From a virus (taxonomy: Duplodnaviria > Heunggongvirae > Uroviricota > Caudoviricetes): a stretch of DNA of 30,548 bases. The notes under the pieces were generated by a model. That model ran no database searches. It was not told the origin of the DNA and worked only from the letters and a program-made list of their open reading frames with translations. Of the stretch, positions 1 through 7,841 are shown one piece after another. Where the stretch lies: IMG/VR virus record IMGVR_UViG_3300045988_118519; one strand, given 5' to 3'. Made by a program: the position numbers and the translations under genes. Each line of letters starts with the position of its first letter. Within the stretch, counting starts at the first letter, position 1.

Positions 1-379
1 AGCGATTACCTAAATCAGCATCACAAGTGCTTACATCAATGGAAACTTCCATGCCTTCGATTAATTCTGGCAAGTTGTAAGTTTGGCTTACAGGTTGGCT
101 ACCCTGAAGCATGGCGGCGCGGTGACACCAGATAATCCAGCCAAGCGCCATATCCCATGCCATGTATTCTCTATCGCCATTTTTTGCCCTACGGCGATCT
201 ACAGATTCCCCGAAACGCTTCTCCATAAATAATTCATAGGCTGCTCGTTCATCCGATACTGCTGCCAGCGATGCCAGTGCGATTTCATAAGCCAGGCGCT
301 CAATATTGTCTCGCACGTCCAGGCTGCCGATTCGCTCTCTGATTTCTTTAATCAGTTCTTTGTCGGTAAAAGTAGTCAT
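1..379 (-). CDS. Hypothetical protein, C-terminus truncated by window edge (N-term MTTFTDKELIKEIRERIGSLD...)
   Basis: ATG at 379 (minus), open to window edge; not recognised. Confidence 0.5.
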   Translation of the reverse strand, partial: MTTFTDKELIKEIRERIGSLDVRDNIERLAYEIALASLAAVSDERAAYELFMEKRFGESVDRRRAKNGDREYMAWDMALGWIIWCHRAAMLQGSQPVSQTYNLPELIEGMEVSIDVSTCDADLGNR

Positions 380-382
380 GTG

Positions 383-670
383 TTAGTCCTCATCCACTTC
401 AACGCCATCTTTCAGCGTGATGCCGTGCCAATCATCAGCCCAACTGGTTAGCCCTGGCGCATCAATGCTAGGCATATAGACGCTTGCAGTGTGGTAGCCC
501 TTATCGTTATCAATGCTGGCAACGTGCTCGCCGTTGTATGCGCTCAGCGTGTCCAGGACGCTATAAAACTTTCCTCCGGCTGCCCTGAAATCCTTTACAG
601 CCTTCACAAGGCGATTCCACGCTTTTTCCTGTTCTGGCGTCAGGTCGATTAATTCCTGCAAAGTTGCCAT
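383..670 (-). CDS. Hypothetical protein, 95 aa
   Basis: ATG at 670 with GGAGAG-type RBS; acidic C-terminus; tightly packed in operon. Confidence 0.55.
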   Translation of the reverse strand: MATLQELIDLTPEQEKAWNRLVKAVKDFRAAGGKFYSVLDTLSAYNGEHVASIDNDKGYHTASVYMPSIDAPGLTSWADDWHGITLKDGVEVDED

Positions 671-671
671 A

Positions 672-1457
672 TCACTCTCCTTTGATGCGAATGCCAGCAA
701 GCCAGTTTCTTATGCCGATATATTCAGCGTTCCTGAAACCGCTTTTTACATATATAAATGGCAAGCGAAGATTGTGACCATTGGCTGCCAGGTAGTCTTT
801 ACAACCCTGTTCGGTAAAACAGCAGGTAACGAATTCATCAATATCTTTCACAGCAACGCGCCGCCATTTTTCTGGTGGCTCCCGAAAGTTTTCATGAAGT
901 AGTTCGAGACGACGACTTTGGAGTTTATTGGCTTCATTGCCATCTTCATCAACCCAGACAATCCGGTCATAGTCATAATCAGCATCAACAACGATTTCGC
1001 GCTTTTGATACACACAAAACATAGGGTCTGACGTTATATGATTGTCCTGTGTTCGAATATTTTCACCGATGATGCCAAACGAATCTGGTGCAGATTTTGT
1101 CTGCAACTCTGCTATGCGCTTACTTCCATCCGCGATTACTCCCTCGTAATACACACGCTGCTCGTTGAGTTTTGATTTTGTCTCCTCAAGCTCAACTCTC
1201 AGCTTCCCTACCGTTAGCGCAATATCCTCGTTCTCCTGGTCGCGGAGTTTGATGTATTGCTGTTTTTCGTCCAGCTCATCCAACAGCCCGGCGATAATGT
1301 CCACTTCCCGATGACGGATTTCTCGCTTAAACGCCGCTAAAGCTGCATCACAATCCTGTTCAGCGTTTGGACTGTCTGGCTTTTCCTGATACCACGCCAG
1401 AGTCGATTGATAGTTTTGTGCTGCCTTACGCAACGCCTGATAGTCAATCTCGCTCAC
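672..1457 (-). CDS. Coiled-coil protein, possibly Ea22-like, 261 aa
   Basis: GTG at 1457 preceded by AAGGAGG at 5 nt; the longer 377-aa track ORF has an implausible basic N-terminal extension; central heptad-like region LDELDEKQQYIKLRDQENEDIALTVGKLRVELEETKSKLNEQ. Confidence 0.55.
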   Translation of the reverse strand: MSEIDYQALRKAAQNYQSTLAWYQEKPDSPNAEQDCDAALAAFKREIRHREVDIIAGLLDELDEKQQYIKLRDQENEDIALTVGKLRVELEETKSKLNEQRVYYEGVIADGSKRIAELQTKSAPDSFGIIGENIRTQDNHITSDPMFCVYQKREIVVDADYDYDRIVWVDEDGNEANKLQSRRLELLHENFREPPEKWRRVAVKDIDEFVTCCFTEQGCKDYLAANGHNLRLPFIYVKSGFRNAEYIGIRNWLAGIRIKGE

Positions 1458-1692
1458 TGGTGCCTCCTTTACGGATCTGCGCTGCGATGCACGAAAAAAA
1501 AGACTCTCGCGTATGACAGTTAAGAGCTGGTGCGAACGCCGCGTTAAGAACGGCGGCATCACAGCCGTCATCAATATAGAGCGCAATTTTTTTCTCCAGG
1601 CGCGCTTTGGCTTCCTGCAACTGCATACCCCGGCACGCACGCGGGATATACTCAGCAATTTGAGCGATAGATTTTTCGTTCTGTTTAAACAT
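1444..1692 (-). CDS. Hypothetical protein, 82 aa
   Basis: ATG at 1692 with GAGGTG RBS; overlaps neighbours by a few nt. Confidence 0.4.
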   Translation of the reverse strand: MFKQNEKSIAQIAEYIPRACRGMQLQEAKARLEKKIALYIDDGCDAAVLNAAFAPALNCHTRESFFSCIAAQIRKGGTSERD

Positions 1693-1888
1693 GCTTCACC
1701 TCGATAGGCTTGATGGTATCGATCAGCAGTCGGCGGCGAGTATTTTCTGCAAAGTGGCGGCGTCCGGTTTCTTTGTGGTAAAACTCGTTTTTTCCGACGA
1801 CCCACATCCGCTTTGTCTGGTGCAGTTTTTTTACCTGCGGACCGTCTCGGGTGATAACAATTCCTGTATGAGTTTTTATCACGCTCAT
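1685..1888 (-). CDS. Hypothetical protein, 67 aa
   Basis: ATG at 1888 with GGAGA RBS; operon position after yfdS-like gene. Confidence 0.4.
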   Translation of the reverse strand: MSVIKTHTGIVITRDGPQVKKLHQTKRMWVVGKNEFYHKETGRRHFAENTRRRLLIDTIKPIEVKHV

Positions 1889-2247
1889 TTTTTATTCTCC
1901 GGTGCTTTCGGCATTACTGCCCAGTGAGTGATATTGACGTTTTCAAGGTCCCCGACCTGAAATGTCCACTGCCATTCTCCGGTTTCTTTTTGTCCCCAGG
2001 TGTACCAGAGAGAACGCCAGCCAATCAGCCAGCCTTCTCCATTAGCATCAAATAACAGAACACTTTCATTTGCTGGTGGCAGTTCAGCTGACACTGGTAT
2101 TATTTTGTTTTCCAGTGCCGCACATTTAGCTTCAAGCGCATCGAATTTACGTACCAGGTACTCAGCATTTGTTTCATTCACTTTCAGATCTCGTGGTACA
2201 CATTTCCCGCGAAGAAACCCTTCCATTTCGAAAACATTCATGCGCAT
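1885..2247 (-). CDS. yfdS: DUF551 protein, YfdS-like, 120 aa
   Basis: C-terminal ITHWAVMPKAPE resembles the DUF551 THWMPLP motif; length equals E. coli CPS-53 YfdS (120 aa) as I recall it. Confidence 0.6.
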   Translation of the reverse strand: MRMNVFEMEGFLRGKCVPRDLKVNETNAEYLVRKFDALEAKCAALENKIIPVSAELPPANESVLLFDANGEGWLIGWRSLWYTWGQKETGEWQWTFQVGDLENVNITHWAVMPKAPENKK

Positions 2248-2774
2248 GTGCGTAACTCCGATAACTCGTTAAAGCGCTCCATAAACATCCCGTAGGCATG
2301 GCTCGGAGCCAGTGGAATAACTTTGAACATTTCTGTTGCCGGGATACCTTCCAGTACTGGCCAGAAAGAGCCATCATCAAGCCCGAGATCGCGGCGTTCG
2401 GTTGCCAGCATGATGAGATCGGCATATTTCACAGGCGTGCTCATAACCGGGGGTAACCCGTATTTCTCACGGATTACGGCGTCTATTTTTTCTTCCATCC
2501 GTTTATAGTCAGGAAGAAGGCGTTTCAGTGGAGCGGGAATATCCTGGCAATACGCTTCTGTTGCATCATGCATTAACGCTTCAAAAGCAAATTCCTGCGG
2601 CACCAGCTGGCTGCAAAGCACCGCATGCTGGGCGACACTGTAGAAGTGTGAAAGATGTCCTGCAAAGCGACAGATATTTGAAAGGGAAACCGCGATATCG
2701 TTAATCACGATGTCGTCTTTATTTATCTTGTCATAATAAAAATGCTTCCCGGAAAAAGTTTTAATAAATGACAT
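2238..2774 (-). CDS. yfdR: HD-domain phosphohydrolase, YfdR-like, 178 aa
   Basis: ATG at 2774 with GGAGAA RBS; H...HD...D motifs (FAGH, ALMHDATEAY, DIP); length equals YfdR (178 aa). Confidence 0.65.
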   Translation of the reverse strand: MSFIKTFSGKHFYYDKINKDDIVINDIAVSLSNICRFAGHLSHFYSVAQHAVLCSQLVPQEFAFEALMHDATEAYCQDIPAPLKRLLPDYKRMEEKIDAVIREKYGLPPVMSTPVKYADLIMLATERRDLGLDDGSFWPVLEGIPATEMFKVIPLAPSHAYGMFMERFNELSELRTCA

Positions 2775-2868
2775 TTCGTTCTCCACTTTATATGCGCTGC
2801 ACCGCGCTGAATTCGGGTAAAAGGAATCCCGCACCATCCGGCGATTATTGAGTTAATTACGTTTCCAT

Positions 2869-2890
2869 AAATGCCCCCGCAGGGGCATTT
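2869..2890. other. Perfect 9-bp inverted repeat AAATGCCCC-cgca-GGGGCATTT between yfdQ-like and yfdR-like genes
   Basis: Read directly; no flanking U-tract on either strand. Confidence 0.5.
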
Positions 2891-2902
2891 GCAGTAATGA
2901 AA

Positions 2903-3727
2903 TCAGGCGGTGAAAGTACCAATAAAGGTTTCTACTTTGCTGTCTTTGAATTTCTCAACAAGCAGATCACGAAATTCGTTAGCCATTTCTTCCTGCACTG
3001 CTTCCAGCTGAATAATGCGCAGAACCAGTACAGGACGATCGCCAGTGATAATGCTGAGGCGTAATTTAAATGGACGTTCTTTCAGACCTTCAAACGGAAC
3101 GCATTTAAATTCAAATGCCACTGGCATAATGTCTTTGGTCTTCGCTTCGACAGACTCCATCAGGGAGCGTTTGCCGCTGAAGTCATTATCTTCAAAATCA
3201 GCGGTCTGGTTTGCTTCAATCGTGATTTTACGGACAGCCGCAGCCGCTTTTGTTGCCTGAATAGCGTCACCATTAGCATCAAAGCCCACAAGGTAGTCGG
3301 CCCAGTCTTCAATCCATTCTGCCAGTGACTTCTGGGAATGACGCTCGCCGTTAACAGACAACAGAGCAGAGAACGGTGCTGTCTTTTTCAGTTTGAGAGT
3401 GGCAGTGTTATCTGCGTGACCTGGCTCATCAATAGTACCCAGGTTAAGCACACTGACGGCACGCATATTATCGGCATCGATAAAGCAGCGGGTGCCTTCA
3501 TCTGCAAGATCTTTAGAATAACGGGTAAAGTCATCGATGCTGGCAGTGGAAAGCGCACCACGGAAACGGAAGCGATTTAAATTAAATTTTTCCAGATCAT
3601 GAATGCGGAAATTCTCAGGCAATGCCACAGCATCGGCACCAATCTTACTGATAATTTCATTAACACCCTGAGCAGAAATAAGAGCATGGATTTGATTAAT
3701 TGCGGTTGCGTCTAAGTTCTGAGACAT
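2903..3727 (-). CDS. yfdQ: DUF2303 protein, YfdQ-like, 274 aa
   Basis: Length equals CPS-53 YfdQ (274 aa); synteny with yfdP/R/S-like genes. Confidence 0.65.
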   Translation of the reverse strand: MSQNLDATAINQIHALISAQGVNEIISKIGADAVALPENFRIHDLEKFNLNRFRFRGALSTASIDDFTRYSKDLADEGTRCFIDADNMRAVSVLNLGTIDEPGHADNTATLKLKKTAPFSALLSVNGERHSQKSLAEWIEDWADYLVGFDANGDAIQATKAAAAVRKITIEANQTADFEDNDFSGKRSLMESVEAKTKDIMPVAFEFKCVPFEGLKERPFKLRLSIITGDRPVLVLRIIQLEAVQEEMANEFRDLLVEKFKDSKVETFIGTFTA

Positions 3728-3792
3728 AATAAGTCCTCACTATATAAAGATATTCAGTGATGAGATAAATAATCAGTTAATTAAGAACGATA

Positions 3793-4155
3793 TTAATGAC
3801 CTGCTGCGCGGAGTTTTCCGTCAGGTTCACCGGCAAGAGTCAGTAATTGTCCCTGGTCTTCCTGCAGAATAGTCAGGCGACCACCGCGATTGACATACAT
3901 CGGCGTTTCGGTGGTGTCTTCTTCAGAAATTTTCCCGCGGTTAGTCGGGCGAACATATGAGAGTTTGTGTTTGATTTTCACACGGTTCTCATCAAACGGT
4001 TCGATTTCCAGGTTGAGCGAGACCTTACCTTTGGTTTTCGTGTTCATCACACCGGAAGCGACTTCACTGAGAACAGCGCCGATTTTGGTTTCAAATACGC
4101 CGCCGTCCAGCTCCCCGATAAATGCCTGCACATCAGTACTGCGTTCGCTAGCCAT
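3793..4155 (-). CDS. yfdP: Hypothetical protein, YfdP-like, 120 aa
   Basis: ATG at 4155 with GAGGAG RBS; the 182-aa track ORF extension runs through hairpins and is rejected; length equals YfdP (120 aa). Confidence 0.55.
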   Translation of the reverse strand: MASERSTDVQAFIGELDGGVFETKIGAVLSEVASGVMNTKTKGKVSLNLEIEPFDENRVKIKHKLSYVRPTNRGKISEEDTTETPMYVNRGGRLTILQEDQGQLLTLAGEPDGKLRAAGH

Positions 4156-4295
4156 TTTGCTGCTCCTCATCATATCGACCCTGCAAGGTCGGTTGGTTTC
4201 TCCACAAAACAGAGAAGAACACCTGCGGTGACTGCCGCCCGGATGGATTGGGTTATGAGCCCGTCGTCCGGTGATGCTCTTCTCTGTTTTGTAAA

Positions 4296-4337
4296 AAGAG
4301 CGGTACCAGCCGGAAGCAAGTGTACAAACTGGTACCG
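4296..4337 (-). terminator. Hairpin (GGTACCAG...CTGGTACC) followed on the minus strand by GCUCUUUUUAC; terminator-like element in the pL leader
   Basis: Inverted repeat and U-tract read on the minus strand; alternatively a boxA-like CGCTCTTTTTA. Confidence 0.4.
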
Positions 4338-4769
4338 CCAAAGCAGTGGCTGTTGTGGTGACCGGTGCTGATCTCCGGCTTGCGGTTATTTCAGACTCTC
4401 ACGGGCGTTTAATTGCCCCGCCGAACAGCTCTTTTCCGCAATAGCTGCAATGTCTTTCGCGCATCAGCCTGCGCATTCACCACAACGCTGAGAGCACTTA
4501 GCCAGTTACGGCACCACACTTTGTCGCGGTTCCATAAATGCCCTCATCGTTGCACCCTGGTCTCTTCCCAGGCGTCAAACCGAATCGCCACGCTGGTTAG
4601 GCGTCTTATCAGCATCCTCATTGACTTGCACATTCCGGCTACCTGGTTTGTCTGCTCGAGCAAGGAGTGGATTGTCCCCTTTAACGTCCCCAGACCGCTA
4701 ACGACGCATGTGCCATACGCCGTGTTACAACCAAATTTTGTTAGGACCTTGTTTGTTGGTCTGGAAAGA

Positions 4770-4821
4770 AAGATAAAATGAAATTGCGTAATGTGCAAGT
4801 GTTTTGTTGCGAGATATGCAA
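4770..4821 (-). promoter_or_regulatory. Candidate pL with two operator sites (OL)
   Basis: Two 15-bp sites TTGCGTAATGTGCAA (4784-4798) and TTGCGAGATATGCAA (4807-4821); minus-strand -35 TTGCAC (4793-4798), 17-bp spacer, -10 TATCTT (4770-4775). Confidence 0.5.
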
Positions 4822-4834
4822 TAGCGTGAGTAAT

Positions 4835-4857
4835 GAAAAGCCACCTTCTGGTGGCTA
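4835..4857 (-). terminator. Rho-independent terminator downstream of cI-like gene
   Basis: GCCACC-ttct-GGTGGC hairpin followed on minus strand by CUUUUC; lies 20 nt past the cI stop. Confidence 0.65.
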
Positions 4858-4877
4858 ATTGATGTTGAGGTAGGGGG

Positions 4878-5570
4878 TTAATTGTGTCGCTTAAGGGTTT
4901 GTGACTGACTGATTAAGACCTTTCCAAAGACCATAAACCGGTGTTCGTTTTCGCTGGTAATTCCCCATTCGCGGTAAATCTGATTATCAGAAATTACCAG
5001 CAGTTTATCAGGTATCATTTGCAGTCGTTTGACGTAAATTTTATCATCAAAACCAAATACATATATACCATCCCCATCAAACTGATTGATACTGATATCA
5101 ACGAAGATGAGATCTCCTGGCTCAATGGTTGGACACATACTGTCCCCACGAACGTTGATAACTTTAATGTGATTTGCTGGTCGTCCACCAAACATCGATA
5201 CAGCATTATCAGTTCTGTATTCAATGGCATGAATCACATCAATGACATCACCGCCCTGGATAAGGCCATTTCCCGCACTGGCACTGACATCCAGCATTTC
5301 AATACGGAATACATCCTTCACCTGCGCAACATCCTCACTAATACTGTTTTTACATACAGTATTACTTTTGAGGTCTGAGGTAAAGAGATCAGCAATATCA
5401 ACACCTAAGCTCCTGGCAATATTACTCAGGGCTTGTTCAGTGAATTGTTTCTGCTTACCTGTTTCGAGGCGCGAGATATTCGCCGCATCCACTCCTATTG
5501 CTTCAGCGAGATCGGCGATTTTCATGTTCTTCGCCTGGCGAAGTTGTCTGACTCGATTTCCTATGTTCAT
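4878..5570 (-). CDS. cI-like repressor (XRE HTH plus S24 LexA-like peptidase domain), 230 aa
   Basis: N-term RVRQLRQAKNMKIADLAEAIGVDAANISRLE HTH; Ala-Gly site in SASAGNG; GDSM Ser and VKRL Lys dyad; no SD upstream of ATG (possibly leaderless). Confidence 0.9.
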   Translation of the reverse strand: MNIGNRVRQLRQAKNMKIADLAEAIGVDAANISRLETGKQKQFTEQALSNIARSLGVDIADLFTSDLKSNTVCKNSISEDVAQVKDVFRIEMLDVSASAGNGLIQGGDVIDVIHAIEYRTDNAVSMFGGRPANHIKVINVRGDSMCPTIEPGDLIFVDISINQFDGDGIYVFGFDDKIYVKRLQMIPDKLLVISDNQIYREWGITSENEHRFMVFGKVLISQSQTLKRHN

Positions 5571-5590
5571 GCGTTTATTACATTTCTTTA

Positions 5591-5662
5591 TTGCGCGTTA
5601 AGCAAATCAACTTGCGCAAAATATTTGCGTGAAATAATATGCTCATCACGCAATATGTGGAG
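5591..5662. promoter_or_regulatory. OR region with candidate pR and divergent cI promoter
   Basis: TTGCGCGTTAAGCAA (5591-5605) matches the OL site pattern; palindrome CGCAAAATATTTGCG (5615-5629); -35 TTGCGC (5612-5617), 17-bp spacer, -10 TAATAT (5635-5640); GGAGG RBS before cro. Confidence 0.5.
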
Positions 5663-5667
5663 GTTAT

Positions 5668-5928
5668 ATGCAATCACCATTACGGAATGTGCGTAAGGCG
5701 CACGGATTTACTTTGCAGCATGTTGCTGCGGGCGTTCAGGTCAATCCAGCGACGCTGAGTCGTATTGAAAGACTGGAACAAATTCCATCTATCGATCTTG
5801 CAGAACGTCTGGCCAATTTTTTTAAGGGTGAAATCAGCGAAATGCAGATTCTTTATCCGGCACGTTTTCAATCTAGCCAAAACCAGAATGGGTTTAAACC
5901 ACAGGAACAGGAGGTAAGCCGTGGGTAA
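5668..5928 (+). CDS. Cro-like XRE-family HTH regulator, 86 aa
   Basis: VRKAHGFTLQHVAAGVQVNPATLSRIE HTH; divergent from the repressor gene. Confidence 0.8.
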   Translation: MQSPLRNVRKAHGFTLQHVAAGVQVNPATLSRIERLEQIPSIDLAERLANFFKGEISEMQILYPARFQSSQNQNGFKPQEQEVSRG

Positions 5929-6472
5929 GCATCATTGGAAAGTGGAAAAACAACCTGAGTGGTACGTGAAAGCTGTCAGAAAAACTATCGCGGCATTGCC
6001 TGGGGGTTACGCTGAAGCTGCTGACTGGCTGGATGTAACAGAGAACGCTTTATTCAACCGCCTTCGTGCAGATGGCGATCAGATTTTCCCGCTGGGATGG
6101 GCAATGGTTTTACAGCGCGCGGCTGGCACTCACTACATTGCGGATGCTGTCGCACAGTCTGCTGGTGGGGTGTTCGTATCGCTTCCTGAAATTGAGGAAG
6201 TAGAGAACGCCGATATAAACCAGCGCCTGCTGGAAGTCATCGAACAGATCGGGAATTACTCAAAGCAGATTCGTTCGGCAATCGAAGATGGGGTCGTGGA
6301 GCCACACGAGCAGACAGCAATTAATGATGAGTTGTATCTGTCAATTTCGAAGCTCCAGGAGCATGCAGCACTGGTCTACAAAATCTTCTGCGCTCCAGAA
6401 AAGAGTGACGCCCGCGAGTGTGCAGCTCCGGGCGTCGTGGCGTTTTGTGTCTGTGGAGAAACTAACGCATGA
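5921..6472 (+). CDS. CII-like phage regulatory protein (CP76-type), 183 aa
   Basis: GTG start with AGGAGG RBS at 6 nt; position after cro; family assignment from recall. Confidence 0.55.
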   Translation: MGKHHWKVEKQPEWYVKAVRKTIAALPGGYAEAADWLDVTENALFNRLRADGDQIFPLGWAMVLQRAAGTHYIADAVAQSAGGVFVSLPEIEEVENADINQRLLEVIEQIGNYSKQIRSAIEDGVVEPHEQTAINDELYLSISKLQEHAALVYKIFCAPEKSDARECAAPGVVAFCVCGETNA

Positions 6473-6882
6473 ACAGTTTAACGGCAAATAACCGTTTGTC
6501 GCAACAGCTGGTGGTCAGTGTCGCTGAACACCTGTTGTTACGGCATGAATGCAGATTACCAAATCACTTGGCTGTAAGTAACCACAGAGAACTTTACCTG
6601 ACTGTGGGGGGCGAGTTGTGCAGGAACTTAACCGCTGGTTTCGTGACGGAAGAGGGCTTTATGTCCATGTTATTCGTTGGGAGCCAGAAACACAGCGCGT
6701 TATCTATCTTCGCAAAGACTACCCGCATGAGTGCTTTAGTCCTTTGTGGAAATTCAGGCGTGATTTTGTTGAGTGTGAAGGACCACCAGCACATTGATTC
6801 TGCCATTCCGGGACGTTACACTGTTCAGGCACCTTATAAAGCGGGTGCCGGGCGTGGAAACTCGGAATTCACCAAAGCGCAC

Positions 6883-6905
6883 AACCGCGCTCTTGCGGTT
6901 TTTTT
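6883..6905 (+). terminator. Rho-independent terminator-like hairpin AACCGC-gctctt-GCGGTT plus TTTTTTT
   Basis: Read directly; lies inside the long frame that continues into Rha. Confidence 0.5.
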
Positions 6906-7074
6906 GTGTAATGAGCAGCATTACGCCCAAATTATGGTGGGGCGTGCAGGGCCAACTTCGGTTGGGCCGGGTTCTTTGGTGACCGGTATTTCCACCCCTG
7001 TACGTCTCACCACCAATAAGGTCGTGGAAAGCCTTGGTGGTGAGTTATTAAAAATCACCAAAGAGGCTGCCATC

Positions 7075-7620
7075 ATGGCTACGATCCCAACCCTCACTCA
7101 ACCTGAAATTGCCATCGTTGATGGTCAGGCTGTTACTTCATCCCTGGCTGTTGCCAACTTCTTCTCCAAACGTCATGACGATGTACTGAAAAAGATCCGC
7201 ACGCTTGAATGCTCTGCATCATTCACTTCCCGCAATTTTTCGGCGAGTGATTACACCGATTGCACAGGCCGCAAACTACCTTGCTATCAAATAACCCGCG
7301 ACGGCTTTGCGTTTCTTGCTATGGGTTTCACGGGTAAACGTGCTGCCCAGTTCAAAGAGGCATACATCAATGCCTTTAACCAGATGGAGAAACAGCTTTC
7401 AAATCCCTCTGTACTGAGCGACGTTGCACATAACGCCAGCGTTCTCTATTCCTACATTTCATCAATTCATCAGGTCTGGCTGCAGCAGCTTTATCCTATG
7501 TTGGCAAAAGCCGAATCTCCGCTGGCTGTTAGCTTGTATGACTATATTAATGATGCTTCGGCACTGGCCTGCCTCATAAATTTGTCGCTGAACCCTTCAG
7601 AGGTAAGGGGGCGCAAATGA
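7075..7620 (+). CDS. Rha-family phage regulatory protein, 181 aa as called (the frame is open from 6469)
   Basis: IVDGQAVTSSLAVANFFSKRHDDVLKKIRTL matches the Rha N-terminal domain; ATG at 7075 with AGAGG RBS. Confidence 0.7.
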   Translation: MATIPTLTQPEIAIVDGQAVTSSLAVANFFSKRHDDVLKKIRTLECSASFTSRNFSASDYTDCTGRKLPCYQITRDGFAFLAMGFTGKRAAQFKEAYINAFNQMEKQLSNPSVLSDVAHNASVLYSYISSIHQVWLQQLYPMLAKAESPLAVSLYDYINDASALACLINLSLNPSEVRGRK

Positions 7621-7841
7621 TCCGGAATATTTTCAAACGGTTTACCAATCAGACTTTCCGTTGTCCTCGTCCGGGTCAGTGGTACACCACACCTGCAGGG
7701 CATGTTCTACGTGTTAGCCTGGTTGACCGTGAATGTCAGAAGGTGATTTGTGAACCGCTGGGCCGTAGTTACCGCGTCAGTATGCCGCTTATAGCCTTTC
7801 GCTCCGGAAAAAACATGAAGCATCTCGGAGGTGCTGCATGA
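7617..7841 (+). CDS. Hypothetical protein, 74 aa
   Basis: ATGA start/stop overlap with both neighbours (translational coupling); GGGGG RBS. Confidence 0.5.
   Translation: MIRNIFKRFTNQTFRCPRPGQWYTTPAGHVLRVSLVDRECQKVICEPLGRSYRVSMPLIAFRSGKNMKHLGGAA

Noticed and set aside
672-1805. 377-aa minus-strand ORF as a single gene
   Set aside because: The N-terminal 116 residues are highly basic and overlap two RBS-led small ORFs; an internal GTG at 1457 has a perfect AAGGAGG RBS, so the gene is called as 672-1457.
3793-4341. 182-aa form of the yfdP-like ORF
   Set aside because: The extension runs through inverted repeats and a terminator-like hairpin and reads as non-protein-like; the internal ATG at 4155 has a GAGGAG RBS and gives the 120-aa length expected for YfdP.
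4544-4798. 84-aa minus-strand ORF in the pL leader as a possible N-like antiterminator
   Set aside because: Its start lies inside the candidate OL/pL and upstream of the predicted transcription start; it has no Arg-rich N-terminal motif and no RBS. The opposite-strand ORF at 4413-4781 is equally unconvincing.
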